Shown here in pieces: positions 1 through 7,827 of a DNA stretch of 64,000 bases. Numbering within the stretch: the first letter of the stretch is position 1; each line of letters starts with the position of its first letter. A program made the translations under genes and the position numbers. The notes beneath the pieces are model-generated. The model was not told the DNA's origin and did not search any database. It saw only the letters and a list, made by a program, of their open reading frames with translations. This stretch comes from a virus: the IMG/VR virus record IMGVR_UViG_3300027797_000019, positions 33,024-97,023 of that record, one strand, 5' to 3'.

Positions 1-1
1 T

Positions 2-1531
2 CAATCTGATCCACAGACACTTATCCAACTTTTACAACTTCTTATTGACAAAATATGTTCTTTAGAAGATCTTATTGATGGAGGTAATGGAGGTGGTAGT
101 GGTTCTGTGAATGTACAGCTTCCTCCTTGTCTTCGTTATACCAACAACGATGGTGACTTTATAGAATACTTAGAGCATACTGCATATAGCAGAAAACTTG
201 CTGCAGAGATATGCACGCTTATTGGAAACATTGCTTCTCATAATACACGTATTACAAATCTTGAAACACGTGTAACAACGTTGGAAAATGGTTCAGGCGG
301 TGGAGGTTCAACTTCTATTACAGTAACTCCACAGTGTACAGGTACTCCGGGTACTCCTACAACCATACAAAATGCTTTTTTGAATTTAGAAGACGAGTTT
401 TGTGATTTAAGAATCGCAACGGGTACAACTTCACAAATTCTTCAGGCACTTGCTAAACAATGTAATAATCTTGGAAGTCAATTCCAGTTATCTGGTAATG
501 GAGTAGCTGTAATGTCTCAGCTACCTGGTTGGGTTAATAATCCTACATCTGTTGCTGATACTATTAATAACATCTGGCTTACACTATGTGACATTAGAGA
601 TCGAGTTGATGATCTTGGTGTAGTAACATCAATTAAGTGTACTGACCTTATTATTGATTTCTTACTAACAGTTAACCAGCAAAGAACAAGTGCTTCACTA
701 ACGTTTGCAGGACTTTCAACAATACCAAGTGGCTTAACAGAGCAATTAGGAACAAGAGTTAGAATCGCTTGGAATAACGGTGCAAACTTTGTGGATGTTC
801 CATTTACTTTAGGAAATTTTGTATCTCCTGATGGTGGTCCATTTGAAATAAATCTTGCGTCATTAAATCCTAACGTTCCTACTGATAAAGACTTAACATT
901 TACAGTCACAACAACTTATACTGGTTCAGGTCTAACTTGTTCTAAAACTGCTATTAAAACCTCAACATTTACTTGTAATAAACCCACTGTTGGAACGGTT
1001 TCATTAGTACAAGCTACAGCTAGTAGTTTAGAAGTAGTTTGGGCAGAACCTACAACCGGAACTACACCAGTTATATCTTATACTGTAACTCTAAAAAATA
1101 ACTCTGGAACAATTACATATCAGACTGCACAGACAACTATAGGTCAGTACTTATTTAGCGGCTTAAATGCTTCTAGTTCTTATAGAGTAGACGTTGTAGT
1201 TAATTACGAGTGTGGTTCTTCAGCTGTAACAAGTGGATTGTTTAGTACTCTTTCCGGTGGTGGTACTACATATTACTATTATCAGGTAGAAAGATGTTGT
1301 GGTGCTAGCCCTACAATTTTGAATGTTAGAAGTAACAGCCAATTAACTGTTAATCAGGGTGTAAATATTTCAGGTTCAGCTAATGCCCCATACGCATGGC
1401 ATGTAATTGGGACATCTTCACAAATTGTTTCAGCTCCTGTAGTACTTGCTGTTCACCCAGATTGTGAAGCTGCAATTGATGATTTAGGAGATCCTTGTGA
1501 TGACGGTGGTGGTAATGGTGGTGTAGTTTAA
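2..1531 (+). CDS. Cys-rich virion surface/head-fibre-like protein with C-terminal FN3 domain (5'-partial)
   Basis: Frame is open from nt 2 (QSDPQTLIQLLQLLIDKICSL...), so the GTG at 107 is probably internal. Repeated helical P-x-T-(L/I)...-C-(D/S)-(L/I) units, short coiled coil (TRITNLETRVTTLE), complete FN3 (TCNKP...LEVVW...YTV...GLNASSSYRVDVVVNYEC). Confidence 0.7.
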   Translation, partial: QSDPQTLIQLLQLLIDKICSLEDLIDGGNGGGSGSVNVQLPPCLRYTNNDGDFIEYLEHTAYSRKLAAEICTLIGNIASHNTRITNLETRVTTLENGSGGGGSTSITVTPQCTGTPGTPTTIQNAFLNLEDEFCDLRIATGTTSQILQALAKQCNNLGSQFQLSGNGVAVMSQLPGWVNNPTSVADTINNIWLTLCDIRDRVDDLGVVTSIKCTDLIIDFLLTVNQQRTSASLTFAGLSTIPSGLTEQLGTRVRIAWNNGANFVDVPFTLGNFVSPDGGPFEINLASLNPNVPTDKDLTFTVTTTYTGSGLTCSKTAIKTSTFTCNKPTVGTVSLVQATASSLEVVWAEPTTGTTPVISYTVTLKNNSGTITYQTAQTTIGQYLFSGLNASSSYRVDVVVNYECGSSAVTSGLFSTLSGGGTTYYYYQVERCCGASPTILNVRSNSQLTVNQGVNISGSANAPYAWHVIGTSSQIVSAPVVLAVHPDCEAAIDDLGDPCDDGGGNGGVV

Positions 1532-1553
1532 AAACATAAAACATTAGATAAAG

Positions 1554-2438
1554 ATGTACCCTAACGATTATTGTCAACCTTGTCAACAAACAGTACCTCC
1601 GGTTACTGTACCACCTCCTCCAGTATGTGCTGGGGAGCCGTGTGTTGAGTTATATAAAGATGATTGTGTTCTTTATACAGGACCCAATTTTCCATGCTTA
1701 AATGTTACAACAAATGAGCGTCTTGAAAGCGTTTTGATTAAAATCATGACAAAACTTTCTCAGTGCTGTTGTGATGGTACACCTCAACCTGTTGACTGTG
1801 TTGTATCAGAATGGAGTGCTTGGGGTGAATGCATTTGTCCAGATGAAGGCGCCGAAATAGAAATATGTACTCAAACAAGAACTAGAACAGTTATTACACC
1901 AGCATCTAATGGAGGCGATCCTTGTCCTTTACTTATTGAAATAAGAGAATGCTGCCAACCAGTAAACTGTGTAGTATCTCAATGGAGCGAATGGTCTAAC
2001 TGCGTTAATGGCATTCAAACAAGAACAAGAACAGTAGTTACTCCCGCCTCTTGTGGTGGTACTGCTTGTCCTCCACTAGTAGAGACAAGGTCATGTTGTA
2101 CTCCTGTAAACTGTGTTGTATCAGCATGGGGTCCTTGGTCAAATTGTGTTAGCGGAGTTAGAACTAGAACAAGAACTGTTGTTACACCAGCATCATGTGG
2201 TGGAACAGCTTGTCCTGCACTTACAGAAACTCAAGATTGTGATGGGGGTTTACCTGTAGATTGCGTAGTTTCAGATTGGAGTCCTTGGTCTAATTGTGTT
2301 AACGGTGAGCAGACAAGAACTAGAACTGTTGTAACACCTGCTGAAAACGGTGGAGCACCATGTCCAACTTTGATAGAAACAAGAGACTGTATAGGATGTA
2401 CAACACCAACAGGTCTTTCAGTACAAACTTTAGCTTAA
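1554..2438 (+). CDS. Thrombospondin type-1 (spondin-like TSP1) repeat protein, putative virion fibre
   Basis: Four repeats PV(D/N)CVVSxWxxWxxC...(Q/R)TRTRTV(I/V)TPAxxGGxxCPxLxExxxC starting at 1788, 1959, 2103, 2253. N-terminal DCVLYTGPNFPCL...LESVLIKI motif; C-terminal CTTPTGLSV. Confidence 0.85.
   Translation: MYPNDYCQPCQQTVPPVTVPPPPVCAGEPCVELYKDDCVLYTGPNFPCLNVTTNERLESVLIKIMTKLSQCCCDGTPQPVDCVVSEWSAWGECICPDEGAEIEICTQTRTRTVITPASNGGDPCPLLIEIRECCQPVNCVVSQWSEWSNCVNGIQTRTRTVVTPASCGGTACPPLVETRSCCTPVNCVVSAWGPWSNCVSGVRTRTRTVVTPASCGGTACPALTETQDCDGGLPVDCVVSDWSPWSNCVNGEQTRTRTVVTPAENGGAPCPTLIETRDCIGCTTPTGLSVQTLA
1788..2390 (+). repeat. Four tandem TSP1-coding repeats (about 144-171 nt)
   Basis: Repeats 2 and 3 are spaced exactly 144 nt; protein-level WSxWSxC and TRTRTV motifs. 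Confidence 0.9.
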
Positions 2439-2462
2439 ACATAAACATTAAATTATAAAAAC

Positions 2463-3005
2463 ATGCCATCATTTACTTTAAACTGGACCCCTGCGGGTGG
2501 TCAAACAACAACAGCACAACGTGTGCAAAGAAAATCAGGCGGAGGAGCTTTTGCAACAATTGCAACTCTTGGTACTGCAGCTAGTACGTACACAGATACT
2601 AGTGGTTCTGATAACATACTTTATACTTATCAGATTGTTAACGTATGTACTAATGGCGAAGTAGATTCAAGTGACGTTCTTATTTGTAATCCTACTTGTC
2701 CTACAGTTACAGAAGTAGTTAGTGGAACTGGTGTAGAACTTTCTTTCCCTTCACTTTCAGGTAATACTGTTTATACAGGTAATGTTACATTTAGTGGTGG
2801 TATTGCTGCTCAAGCAACTAGTGGCAACGCTAATGGTTTTGCTTTAGGATTTACTGGTGCTTATGGTACAACTTATACATATACTTACACAGTTTCTTGT
2901 GGGGGATTCCAAATTTCATGTTCTGATACAGTTGCTATTTCTAGCCAACCATGTTTGACACCAACTGAACTTTCAGTAATGAATGACGCGGGTTTTGACT
3001 CATAA
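2463..3005 (+). CDS. Tandem FN3-like protein, putative virion fibre subunit
   Basis: FTLNWTP...TYTDT...YTYQIVNVC (FN3 lacking strand A), a second beta-sandwich ending YGTTYTYTYTVSC, C-terminal CLTPTELSV. Confidence 0.7.
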   Translation: MPSFTLNWTPAGGQTTTAQRVQRKSGGGAFATIATLGTAASTYTDTSGSDNILYTYQIVNVCTNGEVDSSDVLICNPTCPTVTEVVSGTGVELSFPSLSGNTVYTGNVTFSGGIAAQATSGNANGFALGFTGAYGTTYTYTYTVSCGGFQISCSDTVAISSQPCLTPTELSVMNDAGFDS

Positions 3006-3023
3006 GATAAAATTTAAAATATT

Positions 3024-3530
3024 ATGGCAACAGTAACATTAACATGGACACCAGCAGGAGGTGCTAACTCTACAAATCAAAGAATTTATAGAGGTTTAGA
3101 TCTTACTGTCTCTACACTGTTAGCAACTGTATCGCCTAGTGTAGCAACTTATACTGATTCAACCGCTCCTGATGGTGCAACTGTTTATTATCGAGTTGCT
3201 AATATCTGCAATAATGGTGGTCCAACTAATAGCACTGTAGTAAGTATAACTACACCCGGTGGCGGAGGTGGTGGCAGTACTGACCCTGTAGAATACTTTA
3301 ACGTTGGATGGGGTGGTGATACAAGTGCTGCATGCAGTATGGCTAATATTGGTGGTAATGTATTCTATACAACGTGTAGAACCGACGAGTTTGGTTCTGG
3401 ATGTCAATTGTATATTGATGGCTCTATGAGTGGACGTCTGCAAGGCTTTACGCATTTATTTGCTAATAACATGAACTGGCTTATTACTACCGAAGGTGTA
3501 GTTATTGGACCAGACGATACTCAGTGTTAA
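3024..3530 (+). CDS. FN3-like protein with Gly linker and Cys-containing C-terminal tip domain
   Basis: VTLTWTPAGG...QRIYR...TYTDST...YYRVANIC, paralogous to the N-terminal domain of 2463..3005; GGGGGG linker. Confidence 0.7.
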   Translation: MATVTLTWTPAGGANSTNQRIYRGLDLTVSTLLATVSPSVATYTDSTAPDGATVYYRVANICNNGGPTNSTVVSITTPGGGGGGSTDPVEYFNVGWGGDTSAACSMANIGGNVFYTTCRTDEFGSGCQLYIDGSMSGRLQGFTHLFANNMNWLITTEGVVIGPDDTQC

Positions 3531-3581
3531 GATAAAAAAATCATTGATCAGGTTTGTTGGTTTCTCCTGGCAGTGGTCTGT

Positions 3582-3613
3582 GAGACCCCCGGTAGCAATA
3601 CTGGGGGTTCTTG
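3582..3613 (+). terminator. Intrinsic terminator-like hairpin after the FN3/TSP1 cluster
   Basis: ACCCCCGGTA-GCAA-TACTGGGGGT stem with GNRA loop followed by TCTT. Confidence 0.7.
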
Positions 3614-3639
3614 CTATTATTTATAGTTAAAATCAATAC

Positions 3640-3673
3640 AAGTTCTACAAAAAGGTATATATTTGTAGAACTT
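3640..3673 (+). promoter_or_regulatory. 12-bp inverted repeat overlapping a Bacteroidota -7 promoter element
   Basis: AAGTTCTACAAA-N10-TTTGTAGAACTT; TATATTTG (TAnnTTTG) at 3658-3665, 31 nt upstream of the ATG at 3697. Confidence 0.6.
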
Positions 3674-3696
3674 ATCCATGAAAAACCCAATATAAT

Positions 3697-5028
3697 ATGA
3701 GTCTAATTTCATCTGTATATCAGAGTTTAAAACGCAAACGCTCTGATCAGGAGAAAGCTGAAAAGATAGGCATTCCCTTAAAAAAATACCTTGCATTAAA
3801 AGAGTTAATAGTTAATGCAATTAGTGAAATTTCTTCTGTAGTTGATAGTCACGTTGTTGATTATTTGCAAGGAAAGTTAGTTGATAAAGTTGAAGAAACA
3901 GCTCTCATTGGTCAATTAAATGAAGAGCTTGGTAAAATTGTCATTGATAAATCAAAGTCTGAAGGAGCTACTATTGTTGAACAGCACGTTGATCTGGAGA
4001 CCGGTACTACAAAAATTACCGGTCTTTTTGCTGCTGAGCCTAGAAGTTCTGAAGAAATAATAGAGCTACTTAATATTGATACACGAAAGTGGAAACTTTC
4101 GCAATACTGGAACAAAGAAAAAAGTGGGCGATGGTATGTGTCAGCACTTGTAAGTAAACTTCCAGAGGAGCAAGTTATACAAAGCACGTTTTTAGAGATT
4201 CTTCAAAATTATGAATTACCGGAAATTCAACCCCTCGACAAGAGTAACATCTTGCTCAATAAATCAGCAGAAGAAAAAGTCTGTGGAGTTTTCTCTCTTC
4301 AAGATCTTCACTTTGGAAAACCAGGAAACGAAAATCTCGGAGAAATTCTTGAAAACTGTGTAAAGTCCTTATTAACAAAGGCTTACAATACATACTACCT
4401 TGATGAAATAATTTTTGTAGTTGGTGGAGATGCTCTAAATATGGACACATTTAACGGTACAACCACAAAGGGGACTATTGTAGAAAATGGGGAAGGTCCT
4501 GTAGAAACCTACATTAAAGCTTTTGACTCTCTTATGCAAACAATTGGGACAATATCTCAATTTTGCAATAAGCTAAAAATAGTATACTTACCAGGTAATC
4601 ATGATAGATTGTCATCATTTCATCTGGTACATGCTTTACAGCAAGGTTTTAAAGATTGGTCAAATATTGATTTTGATAGCGCATATGCTGAAAGAAAAGT
4701 ACACCTATATGGTTTAAATATGTTCTGTTTTGAGCATGGTGATGTGACTACAAAAAACAATCCTTTGGTATATGCGACAGAATTTCCTATTGAATGGGGT
4801 TCTGCATCATTTAGAACTCTCTATGTTGGACATTATCACACAAAGAGGTCAAAGGAATACTTGACAGAAAACGAAGAAAACGGGTTTACAACTCGTCAAC
4901 TTCCAAGTTTGTCATCCTCAGATTATTATCATTACCACAATAAATGGACTGGTAATAAGCGCGCAGGAATTTTAGAACTGCACTGTGAGAAGAAAGGTAA
5001 AGTTTCAGAGTTTGTTTATACACTTTAA
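3697..5028 (+). CDS. Calcineurin-like metallophosphoesterase
   Basis: All five motifs in order: DLHFG, GGDALN, PGNHD, EHGD, GHYH. Confidence 0.85.
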   Translation: MSLISSVYQSLKRKRSDQEKAEKIGIPLKKYLALKELIVNAISEISSVVDSHVVDYLQGKLVDKVEETALIGQLNEELGKIVIDKSKSEGATIVEQHVDLETGTTKITGLFAAEPRSSEEIIELLNIDTRKWKLSQYWNKEKSGRWYVSALVSKLPEEQVIQSTFLEILQNYELPEIQPLDKSNILLNKSAEEKVCGVFSLQDLHFGKPGNENLGEILENCVKSLLTKAYNTYYLDEIIFVVGGDALNMDTFNGTTTKGTIVENGEGPVETYIKAFDSLMQTIGTISQFCNKLKIVYLPGNHDRLSSFHLVHALQQGFKDWSNIDFDSAYAERKVHLYGLNMFCFEHGDVTTKNNPLVYATEFPIEWGSASFRTLYVGHYHTKRSKEYLTENEENGFTTRQLPSLSSSDYYHYHNKWTGNKRAGILELHCEKKGKVSEFVYTL

Positions 5029-5063
5029 TGGGTCAAAACCATGAAAGTATGGCAAAAATTTAT

Positions 5064-5079
5064 TAAATTCTTATTGTAG
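5064..5079 (+). promoter_or_regulatory. Putative phage promoter motif (TAWATTHTWWWTGTAG)
   Basis: TAAATTCTTATTGTAG; similar intergenic copies at 16580, 44203, 59088, 63955 and 63786(-). Confidence 0.5.
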
Positions 5080-5086
5080 GACGTGC

Positions 5087-5671
5087 ATGAAAGACGCTAA
5101 GAAACCAGACTTAAATGCACCGCGTTTTAGACCCTCTGTATTGGGTACTCTTAATAAGTCTGTAATCAGTCTTCTGAGAGATAAAATACACGGTTTGAAC
5201 AAGCTTAGCGATGTTGAGATTAAGAATATAATCTTAACATTTAATGAGCTATTGTGGAACACGGTGTTAGAAAATAGGGACGGTGTTGAGCTTCCAGAGC
5301 ATGTGGGCAACTTATTCATAGGAACCTGTAAACCTAAAATTCGTAAAAACGTAGACTTTAAAAAGTCACAGGATTATTTAAAGGTAATCCAACATCGTAA
5401 CTGGGAAAGTGATGATTATCTAGCAAAGATATTCTATACTAATCATGAAACTAGATATCGATTTAAAAATTACGAAGTATGGGGTTTTCAGGGGTCGCGG
5501 AGGTTTAAAAGAACACTTGGTAAAGTGTATCCTGAAAACTGGAAGCTGTATGTTCAAGTAGATCACACGCTTCAAGTTTCCAAGCTGTTTAGAAAAAACA
5601 GTTACAGAATCATGAAGGAAGCAGAAAATACCAAAAACCTAGAAAGTTATGATGAACTAGCACTTGACTAA
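5087..5671 (+). CDS. IHF/HU-like DNA-binding protein (crAss-type)
   Basis: Basic protein with HU-like helix plus GVELPEHVGNLFIG segment; sits just before the ring/tail genes as in crAss-like phages. Confidence 0.6.
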   Translation: MKDAKKPDLNAPRFRPSVLGTLNKSVISLLRDKIHGLNKLSDVEIKNIILTFNELLWNTVLENRDGVELPEHVGNLFIGTCKPKIRKNVDFKKSQDYLKVIQHRNWESDDYLAKIFYTNHETRYRFKNYEVWGFQGSRRFKRTLGKVYPENWKLYVQVDHTLQVSKLFRKNSYRIMKEAENTKNLESYDELALD

Positions 5672-5696
5672 GCACGCTATTTAAAACATACAAGGG

Positions 5697-6371
5697 ATGG
5701 TAACTATTGGAGAAGTAATATCTAGGGTGCGTAATCAAGTTAAGTCGGTAAAGCAAGACGCTTTTTTAACCGACCGTTTTCTTCATTCCCTTATTCGCAA
5801 ATACGCAGCACTAATGATGCGACGTCAGGACAACCTGAATCGCATTATGAAATTTAACTCTGTATTTCAAGCTCTTTCTTTTGTTGAGCTTATTGAAATT
5901 GATAAGATTGAAGCACAATGTCATTGTGTTGAAAGTGGTTGCACATTTAAAAGAACAAAAGATAAAGTACCAGCTTTAATGCAGGGTTACTGGGGTCCTC
6001 TTATGAGGTCGGTTACAAGTATTGATATAAGTGAAGAACTTGTACCAACATTTCCGCACACATTTGAAAAGATTGCAAACCAAAAGACGTTTAAATACAA
6101 TAGGAAAAAATACTATTGGTATTTAGACGGGTATTTGTATTTCCCAAATCTAGAGTGGGATGCTATTAGAATTGAAGGTGTGTTTGAAGAAGACATTAGT
6201 AAATACAATTGCGATATTAAAGATGATTGTTTGTATATGCAGGATCGTGGATTTCATGTTCCTGAATTCCTTTTTGCAGAAATCGAACAGAATGTTGTAA
6301 GAGATCTCGCGGGAATGATTCAGATTCCTTCTGATATTATGCAAGACAACAGACACCTTGCTAGACAATAA
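5697..6371 (+). CDS. Ring / tail tubular (head-tail connector) protein
   Basis: N-terminal TIGEVISRVR helix, YYWYLDGYLYF...IRIEGVFE pattern, crAss synteny (IHF-ring-ring-muzzle). Confidence 0.6.
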   Translation: MVTIGEVISRVRNQVKSVKQDAFLTDRFLHSLIRKYAALMMRRQDNLNRIMKFNSVFQALSFVELIEIDKIEAQCHCVESGCTFKRTKDKVPALMQGYWGPLMRSVTSIDISEELVPTFPHTFEKIANQKTFKYNRKKYYWYLDGYLYFPNLEWDAIRIEGVFEEDISKYNCDIKDDCLYMQDRGFHVPEFLFAEIEQNVVRDLAGMIQIPSDIMQDNRHLARQ

Positions 6372-6382
6372 AACATTAAACG

Positions 6383-7477
6383 ATGCTTACGGAACTTCAA
6401 TATAGGACATTTGACGAGCTTCTGCAGAGCGTTGAGATTGACATGAAAGGTGTCGATAGTCAAGGTTATGTAGAACCACAAGAATTGCTTAAAGTAGCAA
6501 TTAAAGTCAACAGAGAATTAGGTTTAAAAATCAATCCTTCTAGACAGAAGTGTATTGAAATACATAAAGGAAAAGCCAGACTACCTGAAGATTTTAACGT
6601 GTTAAATTTTGCCTTGGTTTGCGAGTCAAGAAATGAGCATCCTATAGTTAGAAAAGAGAAGACTTACAACCAGGGTTTATTAGAGGGTGTTTTAATGGCA
6701 CAGAACATTCTTTCTAGAACAAGTGTTGATCAGTTTACGATTACAATGGATTTACAACCTAATGGTAATCTTATCAGTCATACTCTAAATACAATGGATG
6801 TAATTGTACAAGCACAATTACCTGATGGAACCCTAGCTTCATTTGATTTTTCTACACCAAGTACAGGTGAGATTATTTTAGACAATGATACAGCACAATT
6901 AATTACAGGTGTAAAGATTATCATTATTGGTAAAAAGTCAATTACAAATTTTGGTAGTCAACAACATACTAATCTTAATAATGACGACAATAATCCTTCA
7001 GTTACCTATATCTATAATAACGTAGTTAATACTTATAAAAGATTAGTACCAATTGAAATTAGACCCAGCAGAAAAATTATGAATGACTGCTGGAATCTTA
7101 CTGTAAAAAGTCATTACATAGGTTACTTAGAAAATGGATTTTTCCATGTCAATTTTGACGAGGGTACAATTTATCTAAATTATTCTTCTGTAATGGAGGA
7201 TGACGCGGGTAATCTTTTGGTTTTTGATCACCCTATTGTAAATGAATATTATGAATATGCACTAAAAGAGCGAATCTTTGAGAATATGTTTTTGAGTGGT
7301 GAGTCTTCAGTACAAAACAAATTGCAGTTTATATCTCAGAAATTGAGAATGTCAAGAAATAATGCATTTAGTTATGTAAATACTCCTGACTTTAATGAGT
7401 TGAAGCGCGTTTGGGAAATGAATAGAAAAGCGCAATACCACAACTACTACAACATGTTTAAGAGCAATATACGATGA
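6383..7477 (+). CDS. Ring / tail tubular protein with inserted beta-sandwich domain
   Basis: KARLPEDF and YLENGFFHVNFDEGTIYLNY...DDAGNLLVFD motifs typical of crAss tubular proteins; synteny. Confidence 0.65.
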   Translation: MLTELQYRTFDELLQSVEIDMKGVDSQGYVEPQELLKVAIKVNRELGLKINPSRQKCIEIHKGKARLPEDFNVLNFALVCESRNEHPIVRKEKTYNQGLLEGVLMAQNILSRTSVDQFTITMDLQPNGNLISHTLNTMDVIVQAQLPDGTLASFDFSTPSTGEIILDNDTAQLITGVKIIIIGKKSITNFGSQQHTNLNNDDNNPSVTYIYNNVVNTYKRLVPIEIRPSRKIMNDCWNLTVKSHYIGYLENGFFHVNFDEGTIYLNYSSVMEDDAGNLLVFDHPIVNEYYEYALKERIFENMFLSGESSVQNKLQFISQKLRMSRNNAFSYVNTPDFNELKRVWEMNRKAQYHNYYNMFKSNIR

Positions 7478-7827
7478 GCATTATACAAAAAAAGATTAAG
7501 GTTGGTGTTTATGATGCCAATGTGGTTTTTATGGTAACTGACTCAATGGAGGAAGTTGCGATAAAAACATTTCGTAAAACAAAAGAAATCTGGTCTATTG
7601 AAGACGCAGACGGTTGTGTTTTTTATACAACAGGTTTGTACTATTTAGTGCTTCTACAAGAACAAATATCTCACAACCTTATAGCTCATGAAATATTTCA
7701 TCTTTCAACTCGGATATGCGAAGATAGATATATCGAAGATGAAGAAACAAAAGCTTGGTTAACAGGTTATCTTACTGAAAACATTTATAAGTTTTTAGAC
7801 AAAAAGAAAATTGAAATAAAGCTATGA
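7474..7827 (+). CDS. Small HExxH zincin-like metallopeptidase
   Basis: IAHEIFHL followed by DEETKAWL (third ligand Glu); ATGA overlaps with both neighbours. Confidence 0.6.
   Translation: MSIIQKKIKVGVYDANVVFMVTDSMEEVAIKTFRKTKEIWSIEDADGCVFYTTGLYYLVLLQEQISHNLIAHEIFHLSTRICEDRYIEDEETKAWLTGYLTENIYKFLDKKKIEIKL

Noticed and set aside
107-109. GTG start of the first ORF
   Set aside because: The frame is open and coding-like back to nt 2; the real start lies upstream of the window.
1532-2462. Repeated AAACATAAA(A)CATTA upstream of genes 1554 and 2463
   Set aside because: Best explained as A-rich, SD-less Bacteroidota translation initiation regions rather than a distinct element.
2436-3023. Stop-codon readthrough fusing the three same-frame TSP1/FN3 genes
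   Set aside because: Each spacer contains a second in-frame TAA and an A-rich initiation region before an ATG, so separate proteins are more parsimonious.
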